A DNA stretch of 64,000 nt from NCBI GenBank assembly GCA_047967505.1, contig CM106538.1; one strand, written 5' to 3'. The notes beneath the pieces are model-generated. The model had not been told where the DNA came from. It did not search any database and saw nothing but the letters and a program-made list of their open reading frames with translations. Each line of letters starts with the position of its first letter. Within the stretch, counting starts at the first letter, position 1. Positions 1-13,948 of this stretch are shown here, in pieces. Source of the stretch: Dipteris shenzhenensis (Eukaryota). The position numbers and the translations under genes are program-made.

Positions 1-1825
1 AAGTAAACATTCTTCCTTGCCTTTTCCCTTTCGCAATCAACTTGCAACCATTACCAAACTCCTCAATGAAGCATCCATCGTTATTAAACCGAACTTGCAA
101 GTTCTACTCAGCCATTTGTCCAACAGACAACAAGTTCTTGGGGATCGAAGGCACATGCAACACTTCACGTAGCTTCTTGGTCTGACCATCATGCATCAAC
201 AGAGGCACAACACCCTTGTGTGCAATGTCATGCTGTGTATCATCTCCTATGCAAACATAACCATGCACACCAGGAGTCATCTCATCAAACCACTCTCCAT
301 GTGGTGTCATGTGATTAGATGCTCCTGAATCAATATACCATATATCATCCAAGACACCATCAGTAGGCTTATGATCCTGCACATGCGTCATAGCAAATAG
401 CTGATTTGAGGATGTCTCATGCGCATGACTAGAAGAGGCAAAATGACCATGCTGATTTGCCTTTCCTCTTTGATTTGCTTGCTTCTTGAAACAGTCTCTG
501 GCAATATGGCCAACCTTGCCACAGTAATGACATGTCTTATCACTATTAGGATTATGCACTGTTTGTTGCGATTGCTACCAAGTACCTCTACCATGAGAAG
601 CACCTCTCTCCCTACCTCTAAAGGATCCACAAGTGTAGCACCTTCCGTGCTCTCTCTAGCCAAGCCTTATGAATCTTAATTTGATCCTGAGTAGGATTCT
701 TGACAGGCATGTCAGGCTTTGCCTCATCACCAGTAATGAGATCCCAATACCCTTTTCCAATCTGGAAATTTTCTATCCGAAACTTCCAAATGGCATAATT
801 ATTTTGATCCAACTTCTCTCCAACAATCTGTGTAATGTTGTCACTGCCACTAGCATTAGCCATGGTTTCCAACAACAACTTTCTGCAACTTTTTGCTATT
901 TTGCATAGTCAATAACTTCCGCACATTACCTCAGAGGCAAAAACTATCAACGAACAAATTGTAGCCAATCCACAGGTCTACAACTTTTCAGTTTAGTGCA
1001 AGTCCAAATTTCATAAGGTTTCACTATTATTTGCTGCTAAAAATAGGGACCTGCACACTTTTGACAGCGGTCCGAAAACTTCCAGTTACTAGTTCAATGG
1101 ATCAACCGGACTCAAAATGCCACTTTGCTACTATCACTGGCAAGGCATAGCATCTGTCAAGCGATTGACATTAACATCCAACCACTGGGCATCCAAATAC
1201 CATCACATATATCCATGAATATTGCAATATCATGTCTTCAACTGCATCTGACAATTTGACAGTAAGTTGTAAATTGTGACTTTTTTTTATTTTCCCAAGC
1301 TCATAACTTTTGACAATAAATCCAAATGAACTTGCTACCAAAAGCAAAGTCGGAGCTTGTATACTTGTCTCCAACTTGTCAGTTCAAACCAGCATCCAAA
1401 TCCATACAATTTGAGAAATAAATAGTCTGGAAAATGACAATTTGATCACTTTTGAACAAAAAAACAGCAGCAGCACCTTTTGTGTTTGAACATGGGAGTC
1501 CTGGTAGCTCACAGAGAGACTAAGACTCCACAAAAATGATGTATGAGAATGTAGCAAACCTTTGGGGTGCTGGAAAAGGAAGAAAGCAAGTCGTATATCA
1601 CTTTTGAAGTCTCCAAAAGCTATCCAAGAGCAAAAAAAACGAGATAGCAAGAATACATCAATTGGACACCTCCCAAGCCAAACAGAAGCTGGGAATTGCT
1701 ACTTCAGTCCAAAAAACGAGATCTCTTCTCATCACTTCGAAGCTTCAGAGTAGGAGAAGCACTCCCGCAAGCTTCCACAAGCAGTGGGCAACCAGAAGTG
1801 GGCAACCAGAAGGCAAGGAACGGTA

Positions 1826-1837
1826 GCTCTGATACCA
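1826..1837 (-). promoter_or_regulatory. tRNA-iMet primer binding site of the copia element
   Basis: gctctgatacca on +, TGGTATCAGAGC on -. Confidence 0.9.
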
Positions 1838-2279
1838 TATTAAGAAAAACAAGAAGAGAGATATAGGAAGCAACCAGGAGGGAGCAACAGTCTCCTACAC
1901 AATCAGCTCATATTCACCCCACACAATACAATTGAACACTACTAAGGTCACACCCATACATAGTAGATAAAAACTAACTATGGTTGAGTCAGTGTGACTC
2001 ACCTTATTCTCCTACTCACACAACAAGAACAATAACCGAGAGCTTGATTCCCAATAATATACACAAAGGTGGAGGCTAAAAATAGTTTTTCTCTTTTTAG
2101 TTGTGTAAACCAAAAGAACTCTAAGTACAAAAGAATAGGTGAGCCATATATGTGGGTCTCAAACCAAACTCAGCTAACTAAGGTGGCATACTAACTGAGC
2201 CACTAACTAGAGTACATAAAGATAGCTGTCATCTAGCTATTATTCATGGGCGGTGTACCAACCGCATCTGCAGCTAACA
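1838..2279 (-). repeat. Probable 5' LTR (~440 bp) of the copia element
   Basis: Abuts the PBS; minus strand starts TGTTAG at 2279 and ends TTAATA (decayed TAACA); partner LTR lies outside the window. Confidence 0.65.
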
Positions 2280-5200
2280 AGTCGGTGACATAAATGCACA
2301 ATGGTCACCCTAGCATATCACGAGTGGAGCTCGATATCTCAACAAGGTCCTCTTTCTCTTCAGTTTCCTCCTCTATTTCTACCAAAGCAATGGTCCTTTT
2401 GGCCTTAGCCTTGCTTGCCTTAGCCGTGCCTTTGGATACAAAGGGTTTGGGAGCTGAAGGGGGCTATTCCATTGTGCTTATAGAGCTGATGAGGGAGGTT
2501 ACCTTACTCGCCCGGTTTCCCCAATTGGAGGAACTCATGGTGTGCAGTCGCAGCACCAATGTAGGACAGCCACTGAAGATCTGATTTTACCCTTACAGTT
2601 CCCTTGTTTACCTTTTGGGGTTTGAGCTTGTTAAACATTCTTAGGGGAACCACTGAGGTCGGACCCTCAAGCTCTAGAGTGGTGATCTGAAACCCTACTC
2701 TTTCTAGGACATCTATATTGGTCAAGATGTGCATCCAGTTCTACGAGAATTCTAGCTCGGGAAGAGGTGCATACTAGAAGTCATCAAACTCCTCATCCTC
2801 TTCCTTGTCACAGGGTTGGAATAGCTTTACAGAGGTGGTTCAGGCAGGTGGTTCAGGCAGTGGTGTCAGATTCTGTGGGCAAAGAGGTGTCCTAACAATG
2901 GGTGGGCCTTGTAGGCGTGCAAGTCCACTCTCATGGTTTGCTCCTCATGCCACAAGTAGATGTTACCATTACGCCAATCATGCATGAGTCTGGACATTTG
3001 CAAGAAGGGCTTGCCTAGGATAGCTTCATATCCTATCTGTCGAGTGAAGTCCATGACTCTACGTACCTGACAGGGTACTTGAATCCAAATACCTTAATGT
3101 TTATGCTAGTAAGCACTCCCAAGGTTTCGACAGTCCCCCCATCGGCTAACTTTACTACCAGATGGATCTGCTCGAGTGTGGGTTTTTTCCATTTCACCCA
3201 GCATTCCTTGGTGCAGACACTCACTTTCGCTCCCCCATCCAAGATGGCTTCCACCTTCTGGTTTTGATAGACTATGGGGATAATGGCATTTGTGTCATCA
3301 CCCTCAAAGTACTGGCCTAGCTAGTTGATGGGAACCTTAGGTAGATTCGGCTCCTTTTCTGGCAATGATTAGTTGGGCTGGTAGGGACTAGGTTCATCCA
3401 ATTGGATAGATTGTGCCATAGGATGGGATTTCCTCTTAGTAGGGAAGAGATCAGCATTTTCACCTCTGGCGATAGGAAGGCAGCCAACCTGGCACTGTTG
3501 CAGGGTTCTTGTGAAACTTCTTCTTCCAGGGACAACATGTCCTTGAAGCCGTATAGGTCTCCTTCCTCCTAGAGGTTCTACAACACTCGGTCTTCCTGGA
3601 ACATCTTTTGCATCCAATCCAGAGCTTCTGACCGTCAAAGCTGAGGTGTACCTCTTCCTCCACCCTCTCTGGCACCTTGAGTGTTTTTGCCCCTCAGTGG
3701 CCCATCAAGTGGGCTGAATGAATAGTATCTAACCCTCTACTAGCCTTTAGTCGATGCTCAAACTTCTCTTGGCAGTCCCGTACCAAGTTTTGGGCATCTT
3801 TTACATATTGCTTTTCTAGGGCCGTGTCAAGATAGGTCTCCTTATAGGAGGGCGAGGGTGCTAGGCCTTGAGCCTGCATTGGATTGTTTACCTCTGGGCT
3901 CGGAGACACTTCAGGGTCACCCTAGGTGGAAGCTTGTTTGGAAGCAGAGGAGGTGGCAAGAGTAGTCTCCTCATCAGAACCGTCTTGGATGAGCACCTGG
4001 TCGGAGCCGTCACCTACTCAAATGGCCTTCTTGGATTGGGTTAGGGGATGTGGGAGAATCTCGAGGCCAAGAGACAAGGATCCTTTACCCTTCCTTGTGA
4101 GCTTCCTCATTGCCTTGCCTAATGCCTTGACTTGCATCCTCATGATGACTTGTAAAGGCACTGCGGCCACATGGCCCTGCTCAATGCTAAGCAGATTAAG
4201 GTTGGTACTCTTTGGCAAGAGGATTGGGGTGGTTGGTCTCCTTGTGGGACAGTCCTAGAATAGATGCTCGATTCCACACCCTGCACACAAGGGTGTGGGG
4301 TTGGTCGTGGTTGGAGCGGCGAGGGTGTGATCCCTATATGGACAATCCTTCAAGAAGTGTAAGCCTTGGCATTTGAAATAGGACACCATAGGGTTTGAAG
4401 TACCGCAGTAGGGGCATTGACTTGCTCTATGGGGACCCTGGCAAGTGTAACATTGGAGCAAGGGTCTCCGAGCAATTGAGTTTAGGTCTCTCGCCCTTGC
4501 GTTCACAGGGGTGGTCTAGAACACGAGAACCTGTTGATCCTCTGGCGGGAGGTAGTGGATCAGGGTGCCACTTCCCTCCTCGTAGAGATAGTAATCGTGA
4601 GGTCTGTGATCAGGATTTGTTTCCTGCCAGTCATTGGGCACTTCTTCTACCAACACTTTATTGACTGGGGTTGTACGAGGTAGCGGGGGTTGTGGACCCA
4701 ATATGGGTGGTGGTAACGGAGCCGATTGCGTTCTGTACTGGCTAGAACTAGCCACAGGACCACCTTGAGTGATCAGGGGGTTAGGCGGGGCCGTTAGAGC
4801 TAATGGGGGTCCCATTTGATACATGGGTTAGGGAAGGGAACTCGAAAATCGACATTGGGAGGTATCATCGTTTCCCCACATATGGCAGTGTGCGTAGTAG
4901 AGTGCCGGCCTTGCCCTTAGGTGCAGGCACTCATTGGAGGGGTGGTTGCTATGGTATACCCCACACCAGACATTCTCTCTCTGTGGAAACAAGTGGGGCT
5001 CGGCACCTCCTTGGAGGTTCCTGTCCTCCACTGCTAGCCTAGCTGATCTAACAGATTGGAGGCCAACTCACTCATATCCAAGCCCTTGGGCTCGTTAGTC
5101 TCCTTCTTGATCGTTTCTACACTCGAAGACCTAACTGATGAAGCTATTTCTGAGGGGTCCGGGGCTTTATCCAAATTCACCTTGTCCATCATGTTGTCAC

Positions 5201-7490
5201 ATATGCGGATGGCCACCTTGCTGCATAAATCGAAGGAGGTAGGATTCATCACCATGAGGTGGTCGTGCAGCTTTGGGTCTGCCAATTCGATAAGGAAGCG
5301 GGGTAGCAATCATTCATTGCTCATTCGCTCGTACAATTCATAGCAGGCATTGAGGTGCTTGATCCTGGCAATGTAATCCGTTAGGGATTCCTTATCACTC
5401 TGCTTTACACCATATAATTGGTTGATCGGGCTCCATTTATGGCCACTAGGGGCAAACCCCACAATAAAGGCCTTTCTCAATGTCTCCCAATTGATCTTCT
5501 CTTCTAGGGTGAGAGCCCTATACCATTGCCCTGCTATGCCATCCAAGCTGAGACCAAACGCATTGGCCATCTCTAGGTCTTTGGGAGCACCAAAAGCTTC
5601 ATAAATTTGTTCAAATCATTCCACGTGGGAGATTGGGTCTCCTTCTCCAAGGAACTTGGTCATTAGCTTGGAGATGGCTATCAGCTCCTCGAGGGATTTG
5701 CAATCCCTATAGGAAACACTAGGGCGGGTGGAGGTGGTGTGGTCCCCCTTCCTAGGGCATTCACCAAGATGCGCATCGCCTCATTAGTTAACACTGTTTG
5801 AGCGGCTAGCGAAGGTGGTGTTACTGTGGGTATGACGAGGCACAGGGCTTGGCCCAGGTGGTGGTATCCATGTAGTTACTAGTATCGGCATTGGAACAGA
5901 TGTGCCAAGGCCTACATTCATCGATGCAACCAGTATGGATGAGAAGAGATGTACTCCGGAGGAGGTGGGTCCTGGGGCATGGGAACGTTAGTTCCATGCA
6001 ATGGGCAATAGGGTGGAAACTGTGGTGCCCCATAGTTGGTGAAGGTTGGCGGCACTTAGACTGTTGGCGGTACATAAGGTGCTCTGGAAGTTCCTAATAT
6101 CCCCTTGGCTTGGGTCTTGCCTTTGAAATTCCCTCATCCATGGATCTTCATCATCCATGTGTTCCCACTGGGAAGGTCTGGCATAGGCGGAGGGTCCTAG
6201 ATTGGCGAAGGTGGTTTCTGTCCCAGTATGTGGTTCAGAAGCTAGATGTTGCTGACCTTCCCTCCCTATAGACATGCCGGCGGCGAAGGGGTTCTCCATG
6301 TCTGCCGACTCTATTCGGCCTAAGCGGGGCTGAACATGTTGGAGAATGTACCTCTAAGCTTGGATGCAACCGAAGGTCCAGGAAAGTTGGGAGAGGTATG
6401 CTTGAGAATGGAGCTTCAGATGCCCTTGGACCAGAGGGGTCTTGCATTACTTCGTCCAAACTCTCTGTTTCATCGGAGCTAGATAGAGTTTCTGGTCGGG
6501 GGCCTACTAACAAGTGGAGGCTAGGGATGGAGCTTCCGGATTCCCAACTAGGGCGGAGGGTGTGAGCATAGCTCAAAGCACTCTCTTCTGGCATGGGATC
6601 CTTTGGCAAAATTCTTCCGGACCTCAGGTGCATGTGGGTGGCCTCTAGCTGAGCACCCTTAGGTTGAACTGAGGTTCTGGATTTTTTTTTTAAATTCTTT
6701 GGCTACCCCAGAGGTATCACAATGATTGGTGGGATAGCTCTATAGCAATGGTCTCATGGATAGGTATCGTGCCAGGCGGTGAGATACGAGTATAGCGATG
6801 GGCGGCGGCATAAGCATATTGCGATGATAGCAGAGTAAGAATGACAATGGGCAGTGAGATCGACGTAACATGATGATTGGCAGGATAGATCTTCCACATG
6901 TGCGGTGGGATCACAAGTCAGTGGGATACGGATAGTGCATCGCACGGCAGCATAGTTATCACGATGGGCATGGGGATCGACGATTGTAAAATGAGTGGTG
7001 CGATAGGAGTGAAGCGACGATCGACGAAGTAAGCATATAATGATGGGCAGTGGAGTAAGAATGAAAATGGGCGGCGGGATCGATGTAACAGGACGATCGG
7101 AGCGATACGGATATGACCACGGGTGTGGGGGTGGGTACACCACACCGGCGGCGGAATAGCAAGATAGCATGGATTGGTGGGATATCTCTAAAGCCACTGG
7201 TCAATGACTGTTAGGTGGATGAGATAGTAACTTTGACATGCATTTAATCGGGGCGGTAGGTTAGACTGTGGTTAGAAGTTAGGTCAGTGGTATAGCTCTA
7301 TGGCATCGTCAACGGGGTTTGACCAATGGGATATGACTAACGCACCGACTAGCGAGATATTTGGTCGACGAGATAACCCTATGGCGTTGACTCAGCGAGA
7401 TAGTGAAACACAGTGTCGTCGACTGATTTTTGTGGATTTTTTGCAAGCTTTAAGTTTCTGTCCTGGATTTGTTATGCCAGGGGGGTGCTA
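2280..7490 (-). mobile_element. Degenerate Ty3/gypsy-like gag-protease region with long repetitive leader
   Basis: ORF start MHLRSGR (6633); retrotransposon gag core AGQWYRAL..WETLRKAF..VKQ..ESLTDYIARIK (5570-5310); several CX2CX3HX4C knuckles (5031-4250); aspartic protease AILDGGAKVS..VKLADG..GYEAILGKPFL (3254-2866); many stops and frameshifts; boundaries approximate. Confidence 0.8.
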
Positions 7491-10400
7491 CACTGCCTAG
7501 TTCACTGCCTAGTTCACCTACACAATGAAAAAAACTTGAAGAAAAAACACTTTTTACAAGCAAAAATGTAAATTTTCATGAGGGGTGAGTTCTAGAACAC
7601 AAAACAACTTCAAAATTTGGCAAGAATCAACATTTTGGTTGTTTTTTGATGGGTTTGGACCTCACACACTCCTTAGCAATTACACACACTAAGTTCCTAT
7701 CAACTTAAAACCCTAAAAAGCATAAAAAACAAGCTTCAAATGCTCCCAAATGACTTTCCAACGAGAAAAAATAGTTTTCCTACTTTTTTGTCCTCACTCT
7801 CATTTCCTCCCTGTCTCTTCTCCTACAACTCCACTAAAAAGCTCCAAGTTAGGCTTGAAGACTTATGCAATGGGTAGATATCAAAGGAAAACAAGTGCAA
7901 ATGCAAAAGCATACCTTTTCTCCCCAGCAGCAATGCCAAAATGTGTGGGTCTCGGTGGTGACTCACGTGTTGTGGGGATGTTGAAGAGATGCCGATGGAG
8001 CCTCCACTCCAAGCAACTCCTTGTGAGAGCAATGCAAGGCACAAGTCATCTGCAGTGTCACTCAAGCGGCCTCCGGATTGTTGCAATGTGTTTCCACGCG
8101 AGAAAGAGGGAAGGGGGAGAGGGGAGAGGAGAGGGGAGGAGGGAGGAGGAGAAGGAGAAGGACAAGGGAAGAGGAGAGTGAAGGGGGATGGAGTGGCAAA
8201 CACAAGGGCACTACAATGGAAACAAGAGAACACCCGAAACACTCTCTTGGAAGAGAAGAGGGAGCTTGTATTCAAACTTGTGCAAACTATTATGAAGACC
8301 AAAGTCAACACTTTGGCCTTTTATACAAGTCACCTTTTGAAGGGAGGACCAACCCTTTTCCTTTTTAACACTATCCTTCTCTTTACAACCAAAGGCTCTT
8401 GGGCCCGTAGGGTGCCATGGCATATTACTATTCTTTCCATCTCTCCCTATTGGTAGAAATAGCACTTGTGTTAACCATATTAAAGCGCTTGGGACAAACC
8501 TGAAATTAGGAGGTGGTCCTAACCAGTTCCCAAATAGCGCTTGTGTTAGCCTCACGCTTCCTAGGCTTAGGTGATTTGGGGCTCAAAGTCCCTAAGCGCC
8601 CTTGTGCCTTAAGCCATTTGGGACTCGAACCCCATGAACACGGCTCAAAACCTGGAGTGGCGAGGCTTAGCATCTATGAGACACTCAATGGCAACCTTGC
8701 ACATTGCCTGGATGCTTTTGCCTTGGGATATTTGGGGATCAAACTCCGTGAGTTTGAGCTATACTCCTTTCATGGCTATTTTCATTGGCGTGGCTATTTC
8801 TGTGGACGTAGACTTGAAATGTGCACGTTGCCTACTATCTTTGGTCTTGGGTGTTAGCTGGAACATACAACCTGTGCTTGGAATCCTTGGACTTTGGGTA
8901 TTTGGGGATCAAACTCCCTGAGTTTGAGCTATACTCCTTCCATGTGCACATTGCTTGCAATCACTGGTCTTGGGGTATTTGGGGGTCAAATTCCCTGAGC
9001 TTGTTCGTTGAAGTAGATCATGCATCTTGATTACCTTGCATTCAATGATTGTACTCTGTGGATGTTAACATTGGTCATGTGATGCTTTCTTGAAGCTACA
9101 AAGGGTTTGTGATGACCATGGTTGTAGGACAAAGGTTGATGCCAATTGCTTTCAAAGAATTGGTACCTTTGATTTTGTAAGAGGAAGATTGAGAGAATAA
9201 ACATGGAGAATTACGACACAAGACCTTCCTAGCAAAAGGGAATGGCAAAGGGGAACCTGGCAAGAGCAAACCATCTATTATATCTACTATTGTTATTATG
9301 TATTATGCACTATTCCTTGCCCATAGTGCTATCAACATACATCAGCTTTTTTTTGCCACATAATTTTTAACAAGTATCTTGTTTTTTGTATATACAAAAA
9401 GGTTGCATATGCTACATTCCTTAGCTAAAAACTAACACAATATTAGCTCTCTATGATGGCATTGATATGAAAGAGAGACTAACTACTGTGTATGCTACTT
9501 CTATAGGTTCCCAACTCAATCCACAAGTCAACCAAGGAGCAACTGCCCATAGGCAATATGGTGGACCATACAATTAGTTAATTTATCAATATGTGAGGGT
9601 GTGGAAAATACTAAGCCGTGTACAGGAACGTTGACAATGCTTAGTGGACTTTTTGGAGTCCTTAGTACCTTTCTCCTAGATCAAGCACATGGTTATTGAT
9701 GATGTCCACAATGTGTTGATGAGGATGGTAGTTGGTCAAATTTCTATCCTTTCGTGGTCCACACAATCAACCCTCTCTTAGTGGGCCAAGAACACTCCCT
9801 AGTATCCCATGAAACATCTCCAGGGGGGGAATCCCTCCCAAATCTAGAGCCCATCTAGAGCTACCACTATGCATAATTCCATTTTGACTAACTCAAGGTC
9901 CATGGTCCACCCCTTGGTGGAGAGGTAGGGGTCACCTGTATGGGATTTGCAAAGTAAGAATCTTTTTAAAATACACCCATATTTAAATGTTTACATTTAA
10001 ATACCTCTATATTTGAAATTTGAGTTGATTGTTTACCCTCTATACATGCTTGGAGATTGAACTTAAAGCTCCCCTTTATATGTTTGTAAAAACATATTTA
10101 TGTTTAGTAAGTATTCTTTAAACCCCTTATCTAGGTGGATGGCACATTAATCATCAAATTAAAAACCACTCTTGCATTAGCTAAGGCGCTATGATACATG
10201 TTTATAACGTAACCACCCAAGGGCCTATCCTCTATACTACTCTAATCTTTTGCCATTGCTATACATCAAGAAATTGGTCATCCATTTAGTCCTTATGCAA
10301 AGGCACAAAACTGTACTAATTGTAGGGCCTCAAGAGAACCAAGATCAAAGAGCACCAAATAGGAATCTAAGTGAAGTGTCTCATCGTCTCCCATATTGTA

Positions 10401-13249
10401 GCCATATCCAAACTCCAAACTCTAAGAGGGAGCCCAATATGAAAGAACTGTCCCATGAAATATGCTAGGGGTCCTGATCTGCAAGCCATATGCCACCCTC
10501 TATGCCTCTACTAGGATGGCTTCCCCTCTCTCTCTCTATTCATCATCATAGCCCCCTCATGTGTAACATATATATAGAGAGAGAGAGAGACATATGTATT
10601 GCATGTCTAACATATGAATATTTGTTATCATTCTTTAGCTAGTCTTTATCTTACAACGGATGCGTCAATTTTGTGCTCAAATGGGGTGTTCCGATCAATT
10701 TGAGTGGTTGAATGACTATATTTGGACATTGGATATGAAAGTTATGTCACTTTTAAAAGTGCTGTCCAAGGTAGTTTCGCCAGCGAAACTACCTTGGGAG
10801 ACTTGCTTCAAAGGGGTTTCGCTGGCGAAACTACCTGGATGGCTTGCTTCAATGAGTTTTCTTTGAAGAAACTCTTTCATGAAGATAGGTTGAGAGAGGG
10901 TTTTCAATGTCACCCCCTATTAAGTAAAAGTTGTAAGAAGGATCATAAGGGAATTTTCATAGAGAAGTCTACTCTACATGTGGGTTTCTTCAAAAGCCAT
11001 CCCATTATGCTCTCACCATTCCTACAAATTCACCTAAAGATTTTTGTATAAAATAGGCATTGCTATAATACTTTGCATATTTCTAAGTGAAACTATGTTT
11101 TCTTCTTATCGATTTTTGCCATATTTATGCATAGTTGGAAGCTTTTTTTTTCCTTCGCTCGGACGCTCGGAAGATTTCGCTCAGAAAATGCTCGTCCCCT
11201 CTTACAACTTAGGGAATCCATCATTGTCTCTTAATCATGCATCCCTATCTCGTTATGCCAGACCATTACAAAACATAGCACTATTTGGATGCTTAGTTTA
11301 ACCATGGCATAACCTCTAGCACATCAACTAGGATTAACCTCTAACATTGTCTAGTGTCTCTTGAGCACGCATTCTTTGGGAAATTGGCCTGTCTCCTAAA
11401 TACACATTCCCTCCTCCGCATAAGCTCAAGCACATAAGCTTGAATTTTCATCTTTAGGACTAGTTGTTTGCCCTTTATATCCAACTAAATCCTCACTAAA
11501 GCTAAGTAGCCTTTAGGCATGATTTGAATGTTATCTCATGATACCACTCACTTGCTCAAGAAACAACTCATAATACCAATCTAACTATCCTTTAGGAACC
11601 TTGCAAATCTAAATATTTGCTCCTTTTGGATGTAATATGTTAGATTTTACTAAACTATCCTTAGTTGGGAACCCTAAAAATCCACATTTTCACTCCATTT
11701 GGATGTCACTATTTTAGAATTTTACTAAACTTTTTGAAAACCGTGCAAACTCTGCACATTCCCAATGCAAAACCATCAGCCACCATATTAAATTTGAGTA
11801 AATATTTGGGAACCTTACAACTAGCATTGCTTTGTCGGTGTCTCCTAAACATGAATGATTTTGGGAATTGTTTGGTGTATATCAAACACACTTTTCCAAT
11901 CAGATTAGTTATGCTAGCCCATAACAAGTCAAGGCACCAAGATAGGTGCAACATCCTTTCAACACATAGGCAATAGGTTCGCCAATCAAAGAGAATTCAA
12001 AAACATAATAAGTAGTAGAATCATTAGAAGTACCCATGGGCTATATCCCTTTTTTGTACCCCCAATTCCCCTAGTGGTAGTATGGTAGCTACACGGTCAT
12101 GTGCTTTTCATCATCTAACTGCTGGCTAGATATCGGCTTGTCCCCTTATTAGATTATGTCCTCTCATGACAAGCTAGCATCCTTGGATGTTCTAAACTCA
12201 TCAATGGCACTTGATGGATCATATGGCTCAAGCTCTATATGTTTCTCACCAATTTGGGGTGTTTCATGTTCAAGAATTGTATTGTGGACCCATCGCCACT
12301 AGGATGTTTCATACCACCCTTGGGTTTATGTACCACGATGTCCTCTTGCATTTTTGGCATCTATTCCATGAGCTTGGTCTAGGGACTTTTACACCATCCC
12401 CTATCTCAGAAAACTCATCTGACCCTATAGCCATAACTTGCATCAAATCATTACATGCTGGAGGTTAATACAAACCCTTTGACTGCAAGAGCAAACATAA
12501 AGGGTAGATACTCTTAGCTGATTTCCTTTGCCAAATAAGACACCTGTTTCTTTTTTTCACCTCAATGTAAACTTAACCTTCCTTTTCGCATGTAGTGTAG
12601 ATAACAATGTGCAAGTATAAAAACCATTAACAAAACTCATTTCTTAATTTTGCATGTCATATCTTTGTCAGGTATTTAAACTTGTCGTCTAGCATGCAAC
12701 AATCATGTTTCAAATGGTTATCATAACATAAGAACAAGCATATAGACTAGATACTCTATTTATATCTCAAAGCAACATGAGACATAAATACCTCCCTTTT
12801 CTCAATCTTATGCTGACATTGTCACATATCCACATAGAAGAGGCTTTTTTGTCCATCAAGTGGTGAACGAGGGAGAGAGATAGAGGGATAGGGAAATAAT
12901 CTTAGCTACTTATAGAAGATCCAAGTTACAACTTTAACTATCCTCTTCATGCCATCTCCATTTCCCACACTCTAGTTTTTTCTTTGGTTTTTTAACCTCG
13001 TAAGCCATTTATGGCCCATCCATCTCCCTATAAACATAACTTATCCAAAGGACTCAAGACCTTTGTGCTAGTATCGTATGTTTCCAACTAGGATTAGGAT
13101 TTCTCACAACCCCTAACCCTAGTTATAAGATGTTGGCTCATGTTAACATGTTCATGTTAATTTTGAGCTACAAGATTCCATTGGCGACTTGTTTATATCA
13201 TCTATAGTAATACACACTAGACCATAACATTTATCAAATGCTAGCTTGC

Positions 13250-13800
13250 CCAAGGGGAATGCTAGTTGCACAAAAGCCTTATGTTATATTGTTTATAGTC
13301 AATGCTATGTTTAAGTAGAGGCCTCTTTGCCCTTGCTCTATGATGTCCAAAGCTACCTTTGCTTTTGGAAGTTGGTCTTAAGGGCTTGAAGATAGCTACA
13401 TCAAGGGGCTTTCATTTATGACTTGTCTGAGAAGGCTAGGTCACTATATGCAATCCTATATCTGAATTTAGGTTAACCTCCACACCATCTAAGGGGAGTT
13501 GTCTTTACAATCATTAAGAATTTGCAATTGCCTTTTTGTATGACATACACCTTCCACAAAATTTTGGAAATGGCATAACCACAAGTGGAAGAGCTTGGTA
13601 TTTATCTAGGCTTTGGGCTAGATAGCCACAAGTTCATATTGATAATGTTGAGCTTTAATTAACCATATAAAATGTCGGAGGAGGAGATACTCAACATAGC
13701 TACCTTTACACCACAAATTATCATTATCAGCTCACATGATCTTGAAATGAGACCCATGTTCTTCGTGCTTCAAAACTTGCATCCTATAAACATTGTCAAC
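13250..13800 (-). pseudogene. Remnant of a pogo/Fot1-like (DDE_1) Tc1-mariner transposase
   Basis: Minus-strand translation gives KA*INTKLFHLWLCHF (~13570-13615) and, across a frameshift, PSQTSHK/PLDVAIFKPLR (~13375-13435), matching the DDE_1 motif LPxHTSHxLQPLD. Confidence 0.6.
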
Positions 13801-13948
13801 AGCACGATTTGCAATAATTTTTAGAGTTGACCATGGACCTTGAGCTTACTCCAAGAGAGAGTCTCATAGGTCAGATGTTAAACTAGGAGGCTTTATTAGT
13901 TTTCACCTCTGAGGTATGCTGATGATGAGTTGCAGCTTCTAGGATAGC

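Larger units (their letters stand above)
1..2279 (-). mobile_element. Ty1/copia LTR retrotransposon, 5' part (5' LTR, PBS, internally deleted gag, protease); continues beyond the left edge
   Basis: gag N-terminus KLDQNNYAIWKFRI..KGYWDLITG (878-618), zinc knuckle CHYCGKVGHIARDC and protease WYIDSGASNHMT (559-104), VLHVPSIPKNLLSVGQ; PBS TGGTATCAGAGC at 1837-1826. Confidence 0.9.

Noticed and set aside
7750-8560. Overlapping 100-160 aa ORFs on both strands
   Set aside because: Products of GA-rich low-complexity, LTR-like sequence, with no domain motifs.
8720-9005. Regularly spaced repeats (GGATCAAACTCC..GAGTTTGAGC) as a CRISPR-like array
   Set aside because: Eukaryotic TE context, only 2-3 degenerate copies, irregular spacing, no cas genes.
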